NCBI GenBank assembly: GCA_000708835.1
Contig: DF236985.1
Span: forward strand, 247,926-311,925
Source of the DNA: Klebsormidium nitens
Lineage: Eukaryota; Plantae; Klebsormidiophyceae
DNA length: 64,000 bases
Direction of reading: 5' to 3'
Notes under the pieces: model-generated
What the model was told of the DNA's origin: nothing
Seen by the model: the letters and a program-made list of their open reading frames with translations, nothing else
Database searches by the model: none
Made by a program: the position numbers and the translations under genes
Shown: in pieces, positions 52,939 to 64,000 of the stretch
How positions within the stretch are numbered: the first letter of the stretch is position 1
Layout of the letters: the number at the start of each line of letters is the position of its first letter

Positions 52939-55900
52939 ATGGGTAACACATTTTGCTGCGTTTGCATTCCCCAGTCGAAGCTGGGAGTCATTGAGAAGTG
53001 GTAAGTTCTGCAAACTGCCCTGATGTGTAGTGGTGGGTTGCCTGCACATGCTGTCTGGAGAATGCTGCTTAGTTGACTCGCGAGCAGCCAACACTGATAA
53101 CTTCTGTCGGAGAGAAAACTTTTTGGTAGATTCCTGGATTCAACTTATTTTGTTGCACAACTTTGTCTTTCTTGTCCAGGGGGAAGTATACACACATTGC
53201 TGACCCAGGGTGCCACGTTGTGAATTGGGTTCTTGGCAGCACGTAAGTCACCCCCTAGCCCTCCCTTGATTGCCAGACTCTCATGCCTCATTTGATTCCA
53301 CCTTTTCCTGCATACTCAGAATCGTTGGGGTCATTACGCCCAGTTGCCACCATCCATGATTCTGCATTTATTATCTGTTGCAAATCTGGTGTCTGGTTTT
53401 GTTCAAAGAATTGGGTGTTGTCTGCTTTTGTTCAAGGATTTGAGTGGAAACACATCCACATGTGGCGGGTAATAGAGCCACTGATGTGATGGCCAAGGAA
53501 CATACCAACTTGATGGTCTGGTGACAAGCTGTGTCATGCATCGCCACTGATGAAGATGTTCATTCGGTTGATGCAGTGTCGCAGGATACGTCAATCTGCG
53601 GGTAAGTTACTCTCTTCCATTCTCAAAGTATATGGTTCGTCATTCCCAGAGTATGTGATCATCATTACAGAAGCTGGGCGTGTCACATCTCTCTGCTTAG
53701 CTGATCAATTTGGACGTTTCTATACCAGACAAGTCTGTTTGGGTGAATGTCTCTGAGCAAGTTGGCTCATCAGTACTCCCTCAATATCAGATCACCATGG
53801 AATCTTAGGGGGAACGTTGATACCAGGGGATTCCATATACTTTAACCCATGTTTTATTGTCACCTCTATTTCGTTTGAAACTATACCTGCTGACTTCTGA
53901 GAAGCTTGTTTCTAACATCATCTTTCTACGGTGCCTGGCCATATCTTCCCTCTTGAGGAGTAGATGCTCTCCATATCTCTACGCTTCAGAGTTTACTATG
54001 TTGTTTTGTTGTGACATAGAAGAAAGTCTGGGAAACTTCTGGTCTGGGGTTGCAGGTGCAACAATTGGATGTACGTTGCGAAACTAAGACAAAGGACAAC
54101 GTGTTTGTTCACGTGGTATGCAGTGTACAGGTCAGTGCTCTCAAACCTTGTGCATTGATAAGGTTGTCCCCTCAGTCTGTCCTGGCTGTTCGATGGAAGG
54201 AGAAGTGTGATGAAGACCTACGGCTTGATTGCCAACCTCCGACTGCCCTCTGCCTGACACGGGTTATTAGACAACGGCCCTTCGTCCAGAAAAAGTGTCT
54301 TCAAAAGAAGGACTTCCCCTTCGGGGGTAGTTCTCTGTGTAGTTTCAGGACTCTCCTGCATTTTTGTTGACACTGAGAGCCGTTGCAACACACGTCACCA
54401 GTTGCTCTCCATATCCAGTTGGATTGGCAAGCTTCAAAAATTGAAGAAGTTTCCAGGTCATCTAAAGCAGGATCAAATCACATTTCATCAGTCTGCCGCT
54501 CGCGGACAATAGCTGCTTTTTGATAGGCATCGAGTTTTGCACTCAACTCACTTTGACTTCAAATGATTTATTGAGAGCTATCATAAAAGTCTGCTTTTTC
54601 TCCGGCAGCAAATACCAGCTCGCTCACAAGTTATACATCAAAATGCGTGGCTCAACTGAACTGGCTAAAGATTTCGTTTTTTGTCGCTGCAGTACCATGC
54701 GATTGAGGACCATGCCTATGAGGCCTTCTACAAGCTGACGGATCCTCAGGCGCAGATCAAATCATATGTTTTCGACGTTGTAAGGGCGAGCGTGCCCAAG
54801 GTAGGACTGCGTTTTCTGTCTGCTTTACCCGCTCTCCAGTACTCTCTAGTGCATGTTCTGATGTCGTGTGTCAAAAGGCCGAGAATTTATTTTGGATTTA
54901 TGACTTTCTTTGACTTTCCTCAAGCTCTTCGTTTCCCCAAAAGCATGTTCTTTCCCCTTTGGCAAGCTCGTCGTTAAAAGCATGGTTTGAATAGAACACA
55001 TATGGATTGTGCTGAGGAAGGCTTTTTGTCAGTCTTTCCTGCTGGATGCAGGAGTGCTTTGCAAGAGGATTGTAGGTGGCGAGAACATTGTCGAAGACGT
55101 TGTATTGAAGCTGCGCTATCTTGCTTGCAGCTCATTCTCGACGATGTGTTCGACCAAAAGGTAAGATTCTCGGGCAAACGTTGTGCTAGCCGAGATTGAC
55201 ACGTTGAGGTTTAGCTTTGCTTTGACTAGTCTCCTGGTTTCTTGGTGTCATCCGGCCGTCCAACTTCAACTCTAAAGTGCGCCAGAGTGGCAAACAGGCT
55301 CAACTCAGAGAGTCTACGTCAAAAGCGAAGGTCTCATATTCCTCTGAGCGCAGTTCCTCCTTGAATCTGTCTGTTAACGAGTCATAAAGACACATCTGCT
55401 CTTGCGTACGCCGCTCCAAGCTGCCCGACAGTCTCATCTTCGGTCAAAGGGAACCGTAAAAAAAGACTTTTTGCAATTCTGTTTGGCAGGACCACATCGC
55501 CGACAACGTCAAGGTGGAGCTGTCCAAGGTGATGGGCACCTTCGGGTACCAGATCGAGCGGGCGCTCGTCATCGACATCGACCCCGACCCGTCCGTCAAG
55601 CACTCCATGAACGAAATCAACGGTGAGAACATGCCGTATGCCCGAGCTTCTATAGCCGCTTGCAGGTGGGGCTCAACCTAGTCATGGGTCGATTAACTGC
55701 GCGAAGCTCACTTACAAGCGGATTGTATGCGCGTTATCAAGTCGACTTGGGTCGACAACTGTGGCAGACTGCGAAGCTGACTTACGAGCAGTTTCCTATG
55801 CCGTTATCTAAAAATCAACCCGGCTCAGAAGGTTATGTTTACAGATGCGCCCTTTTCGTTGGTTCGTGCGTGCGAGTCGTCGTCAACTTCCTTTACTGAC

Positions 55901-57520
55901 GTGTATTTGGGTTTGCGTCATGCAGCTGCCAGTCGGCTGCGTGTGGCCGCCCAGGAGAAGGGCGAGGCCGAGAAGATCCTGGCGGTGAGCGCTCAATCCC
56001 CGACATAGTCACACAAGCTTGTTCCTGATGTGTGTCATTGCTAGTCGTGGCATTGCTCGCTGCCGCTCATCCTAAAACGAGTCATCAATCTCTTGTCGTC
56101 GAAGCTTCTTGTGCCTCAAGCTCTCGGGCCCTTCGTGACGATCGTGGTCGAGTTCTTCGACCACGATTTAAACTTCGAATTTTTAACAAATTTGACACTA
56201 TATGAAGCCGAGAGGTGTTCTCGTTCGACATCGAAGACGATTCGACTCAAGCTCCCTATTCGGTTTGCTGGTTGAGTTCCAATCCCGCCCGCTGAACACG
56301 ATATACGAAACACAAGGGCCTAGAAGTGTTTACAGTTTCAAAGCCGATCTGACACCTCTTGCCGGGCGAGCTCAACGGTCCGCTCGTTGGTGAAAGTCTA
56401 ATTCTGCCTGCTGATTTATGTCTTGTTTGGTTCACAGGTGAAGCGCGCCGAGGGCGACGCCGAGAGCAAGTACCTGGCCGGGAAGGGTGTTGCGCGGCAG
56501 CGCCAGGCCATCACCGACGGCCTCCGCGAGAGCGTGCAGGCCTTTGCGGGCCAGATCGAGGTACGGCTTCTCCTTGTCCACAAGCGGAGCTAGGGGCACA
56601 AAGATTGGCAGGCATTCTGATCAGGGACGGGAAGGCATGGGCTTCTTCAAAATTGGGAATACTCTTTGTTGTGCATTACTGCATTGGGGCGGTCAGTCCG
56701 TTTGTTAACGCTGACGACGTGTGTAATGAGCTCCTGTGCTACTCGATCCTACGAGTCTCTGCCCTGGATAACGCCCTGCGGTTCCAGCCGCTTTCACGGT
56801 TCATTGCGCAGAGATCAAGTGCATACCCGCGCCCAGCTTCTCGCTTTTATAGTAAGCGGACCTTCCTGTAACCGTTCTTGTTAAACATTGCTTTCGCTGG
56901 TGTGCAGGGTACGAGTGCCAAAGAGGTCATGGACATGGTGCTGATCACGCAGTACTTCGACACAATGAAGGTAAGGAGACGCAGGCTTGAACTGAAGTGA
57001 AATCGCTGTTTCTATCTCGTCTCCGTTCTGACGATCCACGTGTTCTTCACTTGCTCTTGGTGCTTCGGTGTAGGACTCATCTGCTTTAAATTTACAAGCT
57101 GTGTACTCTTGGTTCTACATAGGTTTTCGGAACTCATCAGACTTGAGAATTGGGCCACAGTCGTAACGAGGTTGGGTTTCGTTTGGCCGGAACGAAAGAA
57201 ACACGTCTTTTTGACATAGAAAGATTTATATTCCACTCCCTTCAGACATCGTCTGCAAGCACGTGGACAGTTTGGACTCGGGAGTAATCAGGGCTTCCGC
57301 ATAACCTTGTGCTTGCTTACGTCAGGCCTGGTAGCTGGTCGAAGAGATTGCGGTGCTAGATCTGCTTTGTGATTACCTTCATGTCATGGTGCAGGAAATC
57401 GGCGCTAGCAGCAAGAACACGACGGTGTTTATGCCGCATAACCCGAGCATGGTGAGTGACGTGGCGTCCCAGATCAGGACTGGCTTCCTGGAGGGCGCTA
57501 GCGGGATGAAGCGGGAGTAG
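52939..57520 (+). CDS. HIR: Hypersensitive-induced response (HIR)-like SPFH/Band 7 protein, 288 aa
   Basis: 11 exons totalling 867 nt: 52939-53000, 53180-53242, 53577-53601, 54056-54130, 54693-54800, 55131-55160, 55490-55622, 55926-55984, 56438-56560, 56908-56970, 57395-57520. Sequence [105 protein letters not shown] matches plant HIR. Confidence 0.95.
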
Positions 57521-59877
57521 CTAAACGGTGTAAATATGCGACAGCAGATATGTTGGTAGCAAGAAGTCCATGGCGCTCTGTACAGAGTCAAGGGTGTATA
57601 AGTGCATATGCCTCAGTGGCGAGTCAAATGCCGGCAACGTGTAATGACTGATTTTGAGCGAAGGAGTCGGTAGAGCGCAAGAGGCAATAGATTCGAACGT
57701 TCTGGCAAAGACCTCTTTGAATGACGGTAGCAGAAGAGCCGCGGTGGTAAAAAGTGTTAGTAGAGCTCCACCAAGTTTGCTGCAATCGATAAGAGCAGAA
57801 TCGAAGGGAAAGTTGGCAACTGCTTGCTTCCCAAACCAATGGTGGACATATTGCACTGCAAGCGATTTATCGATTCATCTTCCGGCAACTTCGATCCGAT
57901 TGCAATCCGAATCGAAGTAAGCAACTTCCTCTAAATTTACCGGATTCGTTGCATCAAGCTGGTATGATCACGGAAATGAAGCCCAAGAAAAAACGCCATG
58001 CGCATGCTACCGTACGGAAATCAGCTGTCTTTCAAAGGGAGGGCCCGGCCCGGGTCGGAGGCTTCAAATGCCGGTCCGCCGGCCGCGCGCCGCCCTGAGA
58101 AGTAGGAAACTCTCAGACGGTGTCCGATCGGCCGTACTATCGACGTGGACCGATCGTCCGTACATGATGACACCGACGGCTGGCGCAGCTCTGCCGATCG
58201 GCTCGAGCAGCTACTTGCGGGCCGTCCCAGCCGTCTATCGCATGAATCAAAACGCGCGAGCAGATTGACAGTGCCCTTCGAGGCTCTTGAATCTGAGCCT
58301 GAGATTCGTACTAGTAGTACCTACTACGGTCCCAGCTAACAAGCTCGTCAAGACTCAAGAAACTCAAAGTGGGTATCTCATCTCTTTTATGAAGCATGGG
58401 CTTGCCTGTCACACCTCTAAGCATCACAAGGTACATTCTCCGGTACATGAGTAACTACCTACCTAGGTATTTGGTAGGTTCTGTCAGAAAGTCAGATCCT
58501 AAATTAATTGGATCTGCTCAAGCGTCAGAACGAGCCAAGCCCGGAACGCCATGTGATCGTCCCTCGTGCTGCACAGGCTGACGAACCCGGCGTGCGAATT
58601 CCGGATCGCGAATCGCAGATCGAGATAATTGCTTCGTTGTGGGTACTCGCAGGGAATCCTGAACTGATCACCTCTCAAAGCCCGCGCCTAGAAGTTATTC
58701 AAAGCAAACGTCGATACCTAGTATTTGAGGCATTGAGGTGTCCTGGTGCCAGTGGCCCGGTCGGAACAAGCGTTGAATGATGGTTAGTGGCTCAGTCAAT
58801 CAAAGCGCAATTCGGAGCTCTGTCTTTTCAGTTATAGCTGCCCCTGCGACTCGTCCTTTGGGTAAACAACAACGCAAATAGCAAGTCAACAGACTCTCAA
58901 GGCGCAGCTAGTCAGTGTTGGGGAGTCCCCGCTCACGCTCTTGCTTAGATTGCCTCAAGAGCAGGGGGGCTGATCCATGGACGTCAGGCCAGCTAGCTTA
59001 TCACAAGCCAGTAGTTTTCGAAGTGAACGTCTTCGTTGCGCTGATTCTCTGCAACGTAAGGGGGCGAGCAGAGGCGATATTGCGGCAGTCAGTGGGGCCT
59101 AGAGCACGGATTGGGCCTGGATGGAGTATTATGCACACAGAACAAGCATCACCTGCAGAAGGTCAAAAATTTCTTGAGGTTTAGGAAGTTCATAAACGAT
59201 TATTGTGACCAGCCCAATCGCCTCGCTGCGCGACTGCGCTGCTCTCATTGACGTGCCTGCCTGCCAATTGCCTGCAAGGATGGCAAGCAGAATATGAGCA
59301 CCTTGCGAGTTTTATGGTGGTCTGGCTGCGACACTGAGTGGCACAGGTTATGAGGAGAAGGAGGCCTCTGACGCGCTGCGGGAACACGTTCCTGCGGCGT
59401 TTCCTTAAGGTGCTGGCCGGCCATTTGATTGGGGAAACAGGTTAAAGTAGCTCTAGCTCAGCAAGAGGGAGAAGTTGCCCAGCTTTCAAGGGAGCACTCG
59501 GGAGACGTGGAACGTGTCCCCTTTGGCAACTTAGTACGGGAGCCTACTCCTAGGAGATAGTCATGTGGGTCAACTGCAGCAACCCGAAGTTGGAGGGTCG
59601 CTGCGAAAAGTGCGGGGCAGTTGCCTTCTTCAAACGAGCGCCATAATACTTGATGGAGTCAGGCCCTGAGCTCAGAAGGGGTTGTTTCAGAATTCAAGGA
59701 AAGGTTTGATGGACGTACCGCCTAAAAGGCCAGGGGGAATGCACTAGGATGCCTTTGAACATCAGTTCCACCTTTCGGGCCTCCGGCAGACCAGCATCTG
59801 CAAGAATGCGCCATGGTCGGGATTTCCCCCCCTGTCTCCAGAATCGAGACATTGCGGCAAGGCTCCCTGCGGAGGCA

Positions 59878-62800
59878 ATGGCGGCCAGCTGGAGCTTTGC
59901 AGCTCTGGTGCTGGTACTCCTGCTGATGACCCCGACGGCAAAAGCGCAAGGTGAGCTTGTCATGCCAACTCAACTGGAGCAAAAGTCTGTGATGGGGTGA
60001 ATTTATTCTTTGGGGTCTTTAGCTCGCTTGTTGATCGACCGCTGAATCTTGCTTGGGGCCACAAGCTGACCAAATTGGCAAACGGCACCAAACCACCACC
60101 CGATATCCATATCATTCATTTTGTGGGCATCAAGTTGTTTTGGTGGAGGAGTACCTTTAAAAAAACCTGCAGCCACCTTCTTGAGCAAAGTGGGCGACAG
60201 CGCACCGAAAGCCACTGTGTCACAAAACACAATTTCTGATCATCTCAACATGACAACCCTTTACACCTGCCATACTCTTGCCCCTGCAGTCGTCCAAGTC
60301 GGGTCAAGGTACTGGACCTTGATGTCGAATACAGACTTCTCGGGGTTCGACATATTGATCGGCACTGGTCAGTGTGGCGGTGGGCGTGGATACATGTCGT
60401 ACACTCCGTCGCAGTGCGCGACCGTGTGCCTCTCGTACACAAATTGCGTGGGCTTCGAAGTGACCACGGACTTCCAAAAGTGCTGCTACGCCAAGAACCA
60501 GATGAGCGGCGCGGGCACCTCCGCAACCGCCGACGCGTACATTCTCATTCGGAGTGAGCGGACACACAACCCTAGTAATCTCGTCGACGTGAATCAACAA
60601 CGGATCTAAGACGCCTTGATGCCAGTGCGGTGGGGAGAGTTCGTCTAAATGGGGGGCCAGAATGGATAGGACGAAGCGTTGTTGGTCACTGGTCCGACTT
60701 GCAGGAGGGCAAGCAGTGTGGAATGCTGGAGCCTGTTCTGTGACATGTGATTCTGTCAAAAGGGGTTCTGATCTACGACAATCCTGGAGTCATGTCGTTT
60801 CTGAGGACCGTGTCACATCTTGAGATTCAAGAAGCCAGGAAGTTGACGCCTTTTGACTTGGAAGTAACAAGGCGTCCTCATCACAACCTCCCGGTGTGGA
60901 GCAGCCAGCGAGTGAAGGACTTTATCAGGTACATGCACAAGCAACGCTCCAACTTCAGGTGATGGCGGTTTGTACTTTTGCCCAAAGTCCCAGCACTTGC
61001 CCCAGTCGAGGTTCAGAAAGCGTAAGTGATTTCTCTTACTTTTTCCTGCAGATCCTCCCCCAAATCCTCCTCCGAACCCACCGCCACCGAATCCACCGCC
61101 GCCCAACCCACCACCCCCCAACCCTCCGCCAAACCCGCCGCCTCCGAACCCTCCTCCTAAACCGCCACCGCCCAACCCTCCTCCAAATCCGCCACCGCCC
61201 AACCCTCCTCCAAATCCGCCACCACCAAACCTTCCTCCTAACCCGCCACCGCCCAATCCTCCTCCAAACCNNNNNNNNNNNNNNNNNNNNNNNNNNNNNN
61301 NNNNNNNNNNNNNNNNNNNNNNNNNNNNNNNNNNNNNNNNNNNNNNNNNNNNNNNNNNNNNNNNNNNNNNNNNNNNNNNNNNNNNNNNNNNNNNNNNNNN
61401 NNNNNNNNNNNNNNNNNNNNNNNNNNNNNNNNNNNNNNNNNNNNNNNNNNNNNNNNNNNNNNNNNNNNNNNNNNNNNNNNNNNNNNNNNNNNNNNNNNNN
61501 NNNNNNNNNNNNNNNNNNNNNNNNNNNNNNNNNNNNNNNNNNNNNNNNNNNNNNNNNNNNNNNNNNNNNNNNNNNNNNNNNNNNNNNNNNNNNNNNNNNN
61601 NNNNNNNNNNNNNNNNNNNNNNNNNNNNNNNNNNNNNNNNNNNNNNNNNNNNNNNNNNNNNNNNNNNNNNNNNNNNNNNNNNNNNNNNNNNNNNNNNNNN
61701 NNNNNNNNNNNNNNNNNNNNNNNNNNNNNNNNNNNNNNNNNNNNNNNNNNNNNNNNNNNNNNNNNNNNNNNNNNNNNNNNNNNNNNNNNNNNNNNNNNNN
61801 NNNNNNNNNNNNNNNNNNNNNNNNNNNNNNNNNNNNNNNNNNNNNNNNNNNNNNNNNNNNNNNNNNNNNNNNNNNNNNNNNNNNNNNNNNNNNNNNNNNN
61901 NNNNNNNNNNNNNNNNNNNNNNNNNNNNNNNNNNNNNNNNNNNNNNNNNNNNNNNNNNNNNNNNNNNNNNNNNNNNNNNNNNNNNNNNNNNNNNNNNNNN
62001 NNNNNNNNNNNNNNNNNNNNNNNNNNNNNNNNNNNNNNNNNNNNNNNNNNNNNNNNNNNNNNNNNNNNNNNNNNNNNNNNNNNNNNNNNNNNNNNNNNNN
62101 NNNNNNNNNNNNNNTGCACCACCGCCCGAACCTCTTCCTAACCCGCCGCCCATATACCCACCACCAGACCCACCACCTCCAAACCCCCCCCCAAACCCAC
62201 CGCCTCCAAACCCACCACCAGACCCACCACCGCCTAATCCTCCTCCCAATCCACCACCAAACCTGCCCCCGCCAGACCCACCGCCGAATCCACCGCCTCT
62301 CAAACCTCCTCCTAGTCCACCCCCCCCAAATCCTCCTCAACCGAACCCGCCCCCTCCAAACCCGCCCCCCCACAACCACCCCCTAACTCGCCTCCTCCAA
62401 ACCCGCCTCCTCCTAACCAACCTCCTCCGAGCCCTCCCCGTCCAAACCCGCCACCTAACCCGCCCCTCGGCAATCGCCGCCCCCCCCTTGAGCCCGCCCC
62501 CACAGCCGTCACCCCCGGTCCCTCCACCAGATGCGACGCTTTTGAACTTTGAGACGAGTGCTATTCTTTTCCCGAACTTCAGCCCCTCTGGTGAGTAGCA
62601 TATAATTTGAATTGGGCATCTGATTGGCACTCAAGAAGTTCCGAACGGGAGCGGCAGCAGGTCGAGTGAATGAGTACCGCTGCCATGTAATCCTAGTCGT
62701 CCACTCGAGCCGAACTCCGCAAAGCGCTTGCGAGGAAGGTTTATCACAGGACTGTTGATTGTAGAATTTGGACGCTAGGGCATTTAATGAACGATCACTG

Positions 62801-64000
62801 CCAGACTACAGCATCAAATTCTGTCCGATAGTCGTGCAATTTACCCTTGTAATTGCATCTCACCGGCTTCGACAACTCTTGCACTTTGTAGGATGAGGGC
62901 CCCAGCTTTACATCTGGTCACTAACCAGTTGCTACTTATCGAGAGTTTGTCGTGTTGGACGATTAACGCGCCGGTCACAGAAACGACTGAGTTCCTAGAA
63001 ACTCCTTTCAATCAAGCTTCTTCGTTTGTAATCCCAGGGATGCAACGCAGGCTGACCATATTAGAATCGCTCCCTCCAGGAACCCTGTACTCCATATTCG
63101 TTGCAAAGGACGTACAAGCGATTAGTGTCACGGCAGTTTCCGCCGACCCCGGAGCCAACATTTCCGCCGCCTTGCCTTCCGGCGGAACCCTGGCTTTGAC
63201 CAGTGGGGTGCCGTCCGACAGGTTCGCTGCAAGTTCCGGCGGAATCGTGGCCCTCACAGTCACGGTACGTTGTGCTGCTTCGCAGCCTCTTAGGATAGTC
63301 TGATGGGTTCATTGCTGGTCCGCAGGCGTTCCTGCTTCCTTCAACATGCGTTTGAAGATGCAGTTGTATCCTTCAGAAGTTTCTTCTTGGCAACGCGTAG
63401 GGGTCGTACTTGCAAAGCGAGACGCCTACACTCCGCTCCACCTGGTTGAGCCTTTTGGCACTTATTTAGTTCCTCAGAAAACTCATCAACGTCGAAAGAC
63501 CACCACACATGAAGCTGACCTGCGTGCCTTCTGAGAGAATATTGCGCAAAAATTCAAATGGTAGCAGGTTCATTTCTTAGCTGGGCACCTTCATCGGTTC
63601 GTGAACCACGCGCGTTGACCTTGTACCACATATCGTCTTACAGGCCTCCAACGGCGCTGCTACCAAGGTCTACTTTTTCCGGACGGCCATCCTCCAAGGA
63701 ACAGACGCTTCGCTCCAGATCCTTTTCCTCACGCCTGGCCTCATCTCCCCCCCATTCACACCAACCACATCCAACTACTCGGCGACTTTCGCTTCTGGGG
63801 GAGGAGTAGCGACACTGTTCGCAGCCACGAACGACACGGCTGCGCTAATGTCAGTGGGCGTCGGAAAGGCTGCCGTTGGGAAGATCAGCCAGACTGTTCC
63901 GGTTCCGTTCGGCCGCTCCGTTCTGCAGATCACGGTGACGTCAGAGAGCCTGTCCTACACCACGGTGTATTACGTCATCATGCAAGCGCCGCTTGCATCC
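59878..64000 (+). CDS. Secreted chimeric cell-surface protein: signal peptide + PAN/Apple-like domain + long (Asn-Pro3-4)n region + cadherin-like beta-sandwich repeats; 3' end outside window
   Basis: Exons 59878-59950 (signal peptide MAASWSFAALVLVLLLMTPTAKAQ), 60290-60553 (D.SGFDI..C....QCATVC....CVGF....CCYAK), 61052-62590 (NPPP repeats, interrupted by the gap), 63080-63264 and 63644->64000. Two repeats DATLLNF..ILFPNFSPSGTLYSIFV..ISVTAVSADPGANI..LTVTASNG..TKVY and DASLQILFLTPGLISPPFTPTTSNYSATF..ITVTSE..TTVYYV fit the Cadherin-like (PF12733-type) pattern. Confidence 0.75.
61052..62530 (+). repeat. C-rich coding minisatellite encoding NPPP/NPPPP (also DPPP, SPPP)
   Basis: Repeated AAy-CCn-CCn-CCn(-CCn) codons on both sides of the N gap. 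Confidence 0.9.
61271..62114. other. Assembly gap (844 N) inside the proline-rich exon
   Basis: Run of n characters; the true repeat length is unknown. Confidence 0.99.

Noticed and set aside
57600-59800. GC-rich palindromic patches and TAGGTAGG-type words resembling those near 39900-40180
   Set aside because: I could not define element ends, a TSD or extended similarity.
60813-62386. Gly-rich, Arg/Trp-rich and Thr/His-rich ~450-500-aa ORFs
   Set aside because: Alternative frames or the reverse complement of the proline repeat, extended artificially through Ns. Splice phase identifies the NPPP frame as the coding one.

Overview
Eukaryotic, intron-rich nuclear DNA with GC-rich exons and plant-type genes. 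It is most consistent with a streptophyte (charophyte) alga such as Klebsormidium; the taxon is inferred, not proven. I reconstructed exon chains by hand for nine genes: (1) a 5'-truncated plant AAA+ ATPase (+, to 9724); (2) a DUF616/MUCI70-like glycosyltransferase (-); (3) a TMEM70-family gene (-); (4) a 16-exon, ~1308-aa DNA polymerase delta-like gene (+); (5) a calcium-dependent protein kinase (-); (6) a small 3-exon, 112-aa unknown protein (+); (7) a ~1898-aa organellar RecG helicase starting 58 nt after gene 6 (+); (8) an HIR/SPFH protein (+); (9) a 3'-truncated secreted PAN/Apple + Asn-Pro-rich + cadherin-like-repeat protein with an assembly gap (+). A 547-bp hAT-type MITE with a perfect 8-bp TSD lies upstream of the CDPK. 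The most striking observation is the Pol delta-like gene. Its frame is intact and it keeps the two essential polymerase aspartates and CysA, but all three proofreading motifs are degenerate, YGDTD is YAQTD, KKRY is VNRY, and 3 of 4 CysB Fe-S cysteines are lost, so it may be an undescribed specialised or pseudo-polymerase paralog. Second is the tight small-gene/RecG arrangement, in which an alternative 3' splice site could fuse the two in frame.
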